From Nitrospirota bacterium (GTDB lineage Bacteria; Nitrospirota; Thermodesulfovibrionia; UBA6902): 64,000 bases of DNA. The notes under the pieces were generated by a model. That model was not told the origin of the DNA. It saw only the letters and a list, made by a program, of their open reading frames with translations, and ran no database searches. The DNA lies in the NCBI GenBank assembly GCA_016215115.1, contig JACRLN010000033.1, positions 16,279 to 80,278 of the forward strand, read 5' to 3'. Each line of letters starts with the position of its first letter. The first letter of the stretch is position 1. Both the position numbers and the translations under genes were made by a program. Positions 62,430 through 64,000 of this stretch are shown here, piece by piece.

Positions 62430-62556
62430 AAAAATTGACACATGATGAAGACAGAAGTTAGGAAGATAGGAAGAATAAAAGATAAGAAAAGTTAAAAAAC
62501 TGCTGTTATTTTAACTTCTCAACTTCAAATTTTCTCAACTTTGTTATTTATAAGAG

Positions 62557-62572
62557 TGGCATAGTTTTTGAT
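62557..62572 (+). promoter_or_regulatory. sigma54 promoter variant upstream of flgB
   Basis: TGGCATAGTTTTTGAT (GG-N10-GA). Confidence 0.6.
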
Positions 62573-62597
62573 ATATAAGTTGTAAGGAGACAAATAA

Positions 62598-62966
62598 ATG
62601 GACAAGGGATTCAAGATTCTCGAAAGAATGGTGCAGGCAGCAGATATAAGGCAAAAAGTAATAGCTTCTAATATTGCCAATTCGGATACACCGGGTTTCA
62701 AGGCAAAAGATGTAAAATTTAATAATCTTCTTGGAAAAGAAATGAAACTGTCAGCAACAAACCCTAAACATATTGGCGGTGGAAAAGCCGGTGAAATCAG
62801 CACCAGGACAGAAGTTGAAAATAATCTGTCCTGGGAGGATCGTAATAACGTGGAACTTAATGTCGAGGTTGCCAGGATGACGGAAAATGCTTTGCTGCAT
62901 GACACTGCCGTAACAATTTTGTCATCAAAAATAAGAATGTTTAAAAACGCCATAAGAACGAAATAA
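62598..62966 (+). CDS. flgB: flagellar basal body rod protein
   Basis: IASNIANSDTPGFKAKDV. Confidence 0.95.
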   Translation: MDKGFKILERMVQAADIRQKVIASNIANSDTPGFKAKDVKFNNLLGKEMKLSATNPKHIGGGKAGEISTRTEVENNLSWEDRNNVELNVEVARMTENALLHDTAVTILSSKIRMFKNAIRTK

Positions 62967-63045
62967 AGATAAATGCAAATTGCAGATTTTAAAATTTATA
63001 ATCTGCAATTTGCAATCTCCTAAAAAGGAGACAGGGAGGTAGTAA

Positions 63046-63453
63046 ATGGATATCTTTAAGGTAAGCGCTTCAGCGCTGGAGGCACAGCGCATAAGAATGA
63101 ATACCATAGCCTCTAATATGGCAAATGCACAAACAACAAAAACAGGAGCAGGCGGGCCATATGTCAGGAAGGATGTTGTATTTTCACCAATGCAGGTTAC
63201 TTCAAATCCTGCTGAAAAACTTGAAGGGGTAAAAGTAAGAGAAGTAGTGGAAGATAATAAACCGCCTGTAACAATTTATGACCCGGGACATCCGGACGCT
63301 GATGAGAACGGTTATGTTTCAATGCCCAATATTAATGTTATCGAAGAGATGGTAAATATGATGATGGCTCTGCGCGCTTATGAAGCAAATGTCAGGTCGT
63401 TTAATATGTCCAAAGGCATGTATCAGAAGGCCCTTGAGCTAGGGAGGCAATAA
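63046..63453 (+). CDS. flgC: flagellar basal body rod protein
   Basis: ASNMANA, YDPGHPDAD..MPNIN. Confidence 0.96.
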   Translation: MDIFKVSASALEAQRIRMNTIASNMANAQTTKTGAGGPYVRKDVVFSPMQVTSNPAEKLEGVKVREVVEDNKPPVTIYDPGHPDADENGYVSMPNINVIEEMVNMMMALRAYEANVRSFNMSKGMYQKALELGRQ

Positions 63454-63752
63454 TGGCTGACATTCCTATAAAAAATATAGGCAATACAATTGCAACAAAT
63501 AATATTTCACAGAAGAATTCATCACAGCAGGTTTCAGGAAAAAATTTTGACGATGTCATTAATGATGCGATGAGCAAGGTTTCAGAGGTGCAGAATGATG
63601 TTGACAAGGCAGTGAATGAATTGGCAAAAGGCGGTGACATTACGAGCGCTATCCTTGCCGTGGAAAAAGCGGATATGTCATTCCAGTTGATGGTGGAGAT
63701 CAGAAATAAGCTTGTCAGTACTTATGAAGAGATAATGAGGATGCCGGTATAG
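63453..63752 (+). CDS. fliE: flagellar hook-basal body protein
   Basis: EIRNKLVSTYEEIMRMPV. Confidence 0.95.
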   Translation: MADIPIKNIGNTIATNNISQKNSSQQVSGKNFDDVINDAMSKVSEVQNDVDKAVNELAKGGDITSAILAVEKADMSFQLMVEIRNKLVSTYEEIMRMPV

Positions 63753-63797
63753 GAATCAGCTATAAGCTTTTAGCTGTAAGCTATGAGCTAATAACTG

Positions 63798-63918
63798 GAG
63801 CCTGATTATAAATTGCCGGTTCGTCATTCCCGTGAAAACGGGAATCCAGAAAATACAAACTGGATTTCGGCTTAAGGACCGCCGGAATGACAGACAAACA
63901 GAGTTTATAAATAGACTC
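63798..63918. mobile_element. MITE family C-related copy
   Basis: GAGCCTGATTATAAA/TTTATAAATAGACTC around a REP-like doublet. Confidence 0.7.
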
Positions 63919-63959
63919 TACTTATGGCTTAAAGCTTATGGCTAAAGAGAGGAGAAATT

Positions 63960-64000
63960 ATGGCAGCTATTGACAACATTATTGCAAACTTAAAGCTCTG
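63960..64000 (+). CDS. start of the next gene, probably fliF (partial)
   Basis: AGGAG SD and ATG after fliE; identity rests on gene order only. Confidence 0.5.
   Translation, partial: MAAIDNIIANLKL

Noticed and set aside
487-63640. Numerous 60-200 aa ORFs antisense to or nested in assigned genes
   Set aside because: They are shadow frames with no SD or motif support.

Overview
This is a 64 kb chromosomal window from an anaerobe. Gene order and repeat content suggest Nitrospirota (Thermodesulfovibrionia-like) or a Desulfobacterota-like lineage; this is inference. Housekeeping content includes tamB/Omp85/SurA-like, argA, ppx, valS, nadC, rpmF-plsX-fabH...fabD, fabG-acpP-fabF-rnc, asd, leuB, purM/purN, ribF, a frameshifted rlmN and three tRNAs. 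Energy metabolism comprises a selenocysteine formate dehydrogenase with NuoE/NuoF-like subunits and an acyl-CoA dehydrogenase/EtfAB set with bifurcating features. The window also carries c-di-GMP and two-component genes and the start of a sigma54-controlled flagellar cluster. There are two small accessory patches: an HTH-HNH pseudogene with a SEC-C gene, and BrnTA with a nucleotidyltransferase and a RAYT remnant. Intergenic space is crowded with nested MITE/REP elements and 7-9-mer inverted repeat arrays, some of which have entered coding sequence. The most novel signal is at 3.2-4.1 kb. Three copies of an unrecognised structured RNA (covarying stems, conserved C-rich anti-SD-like loops, U-tails) flank a sigma28-promoted two-CW Cys-rich protein, just downstream of a sensor-less kinase/NarL-type regulator pair.
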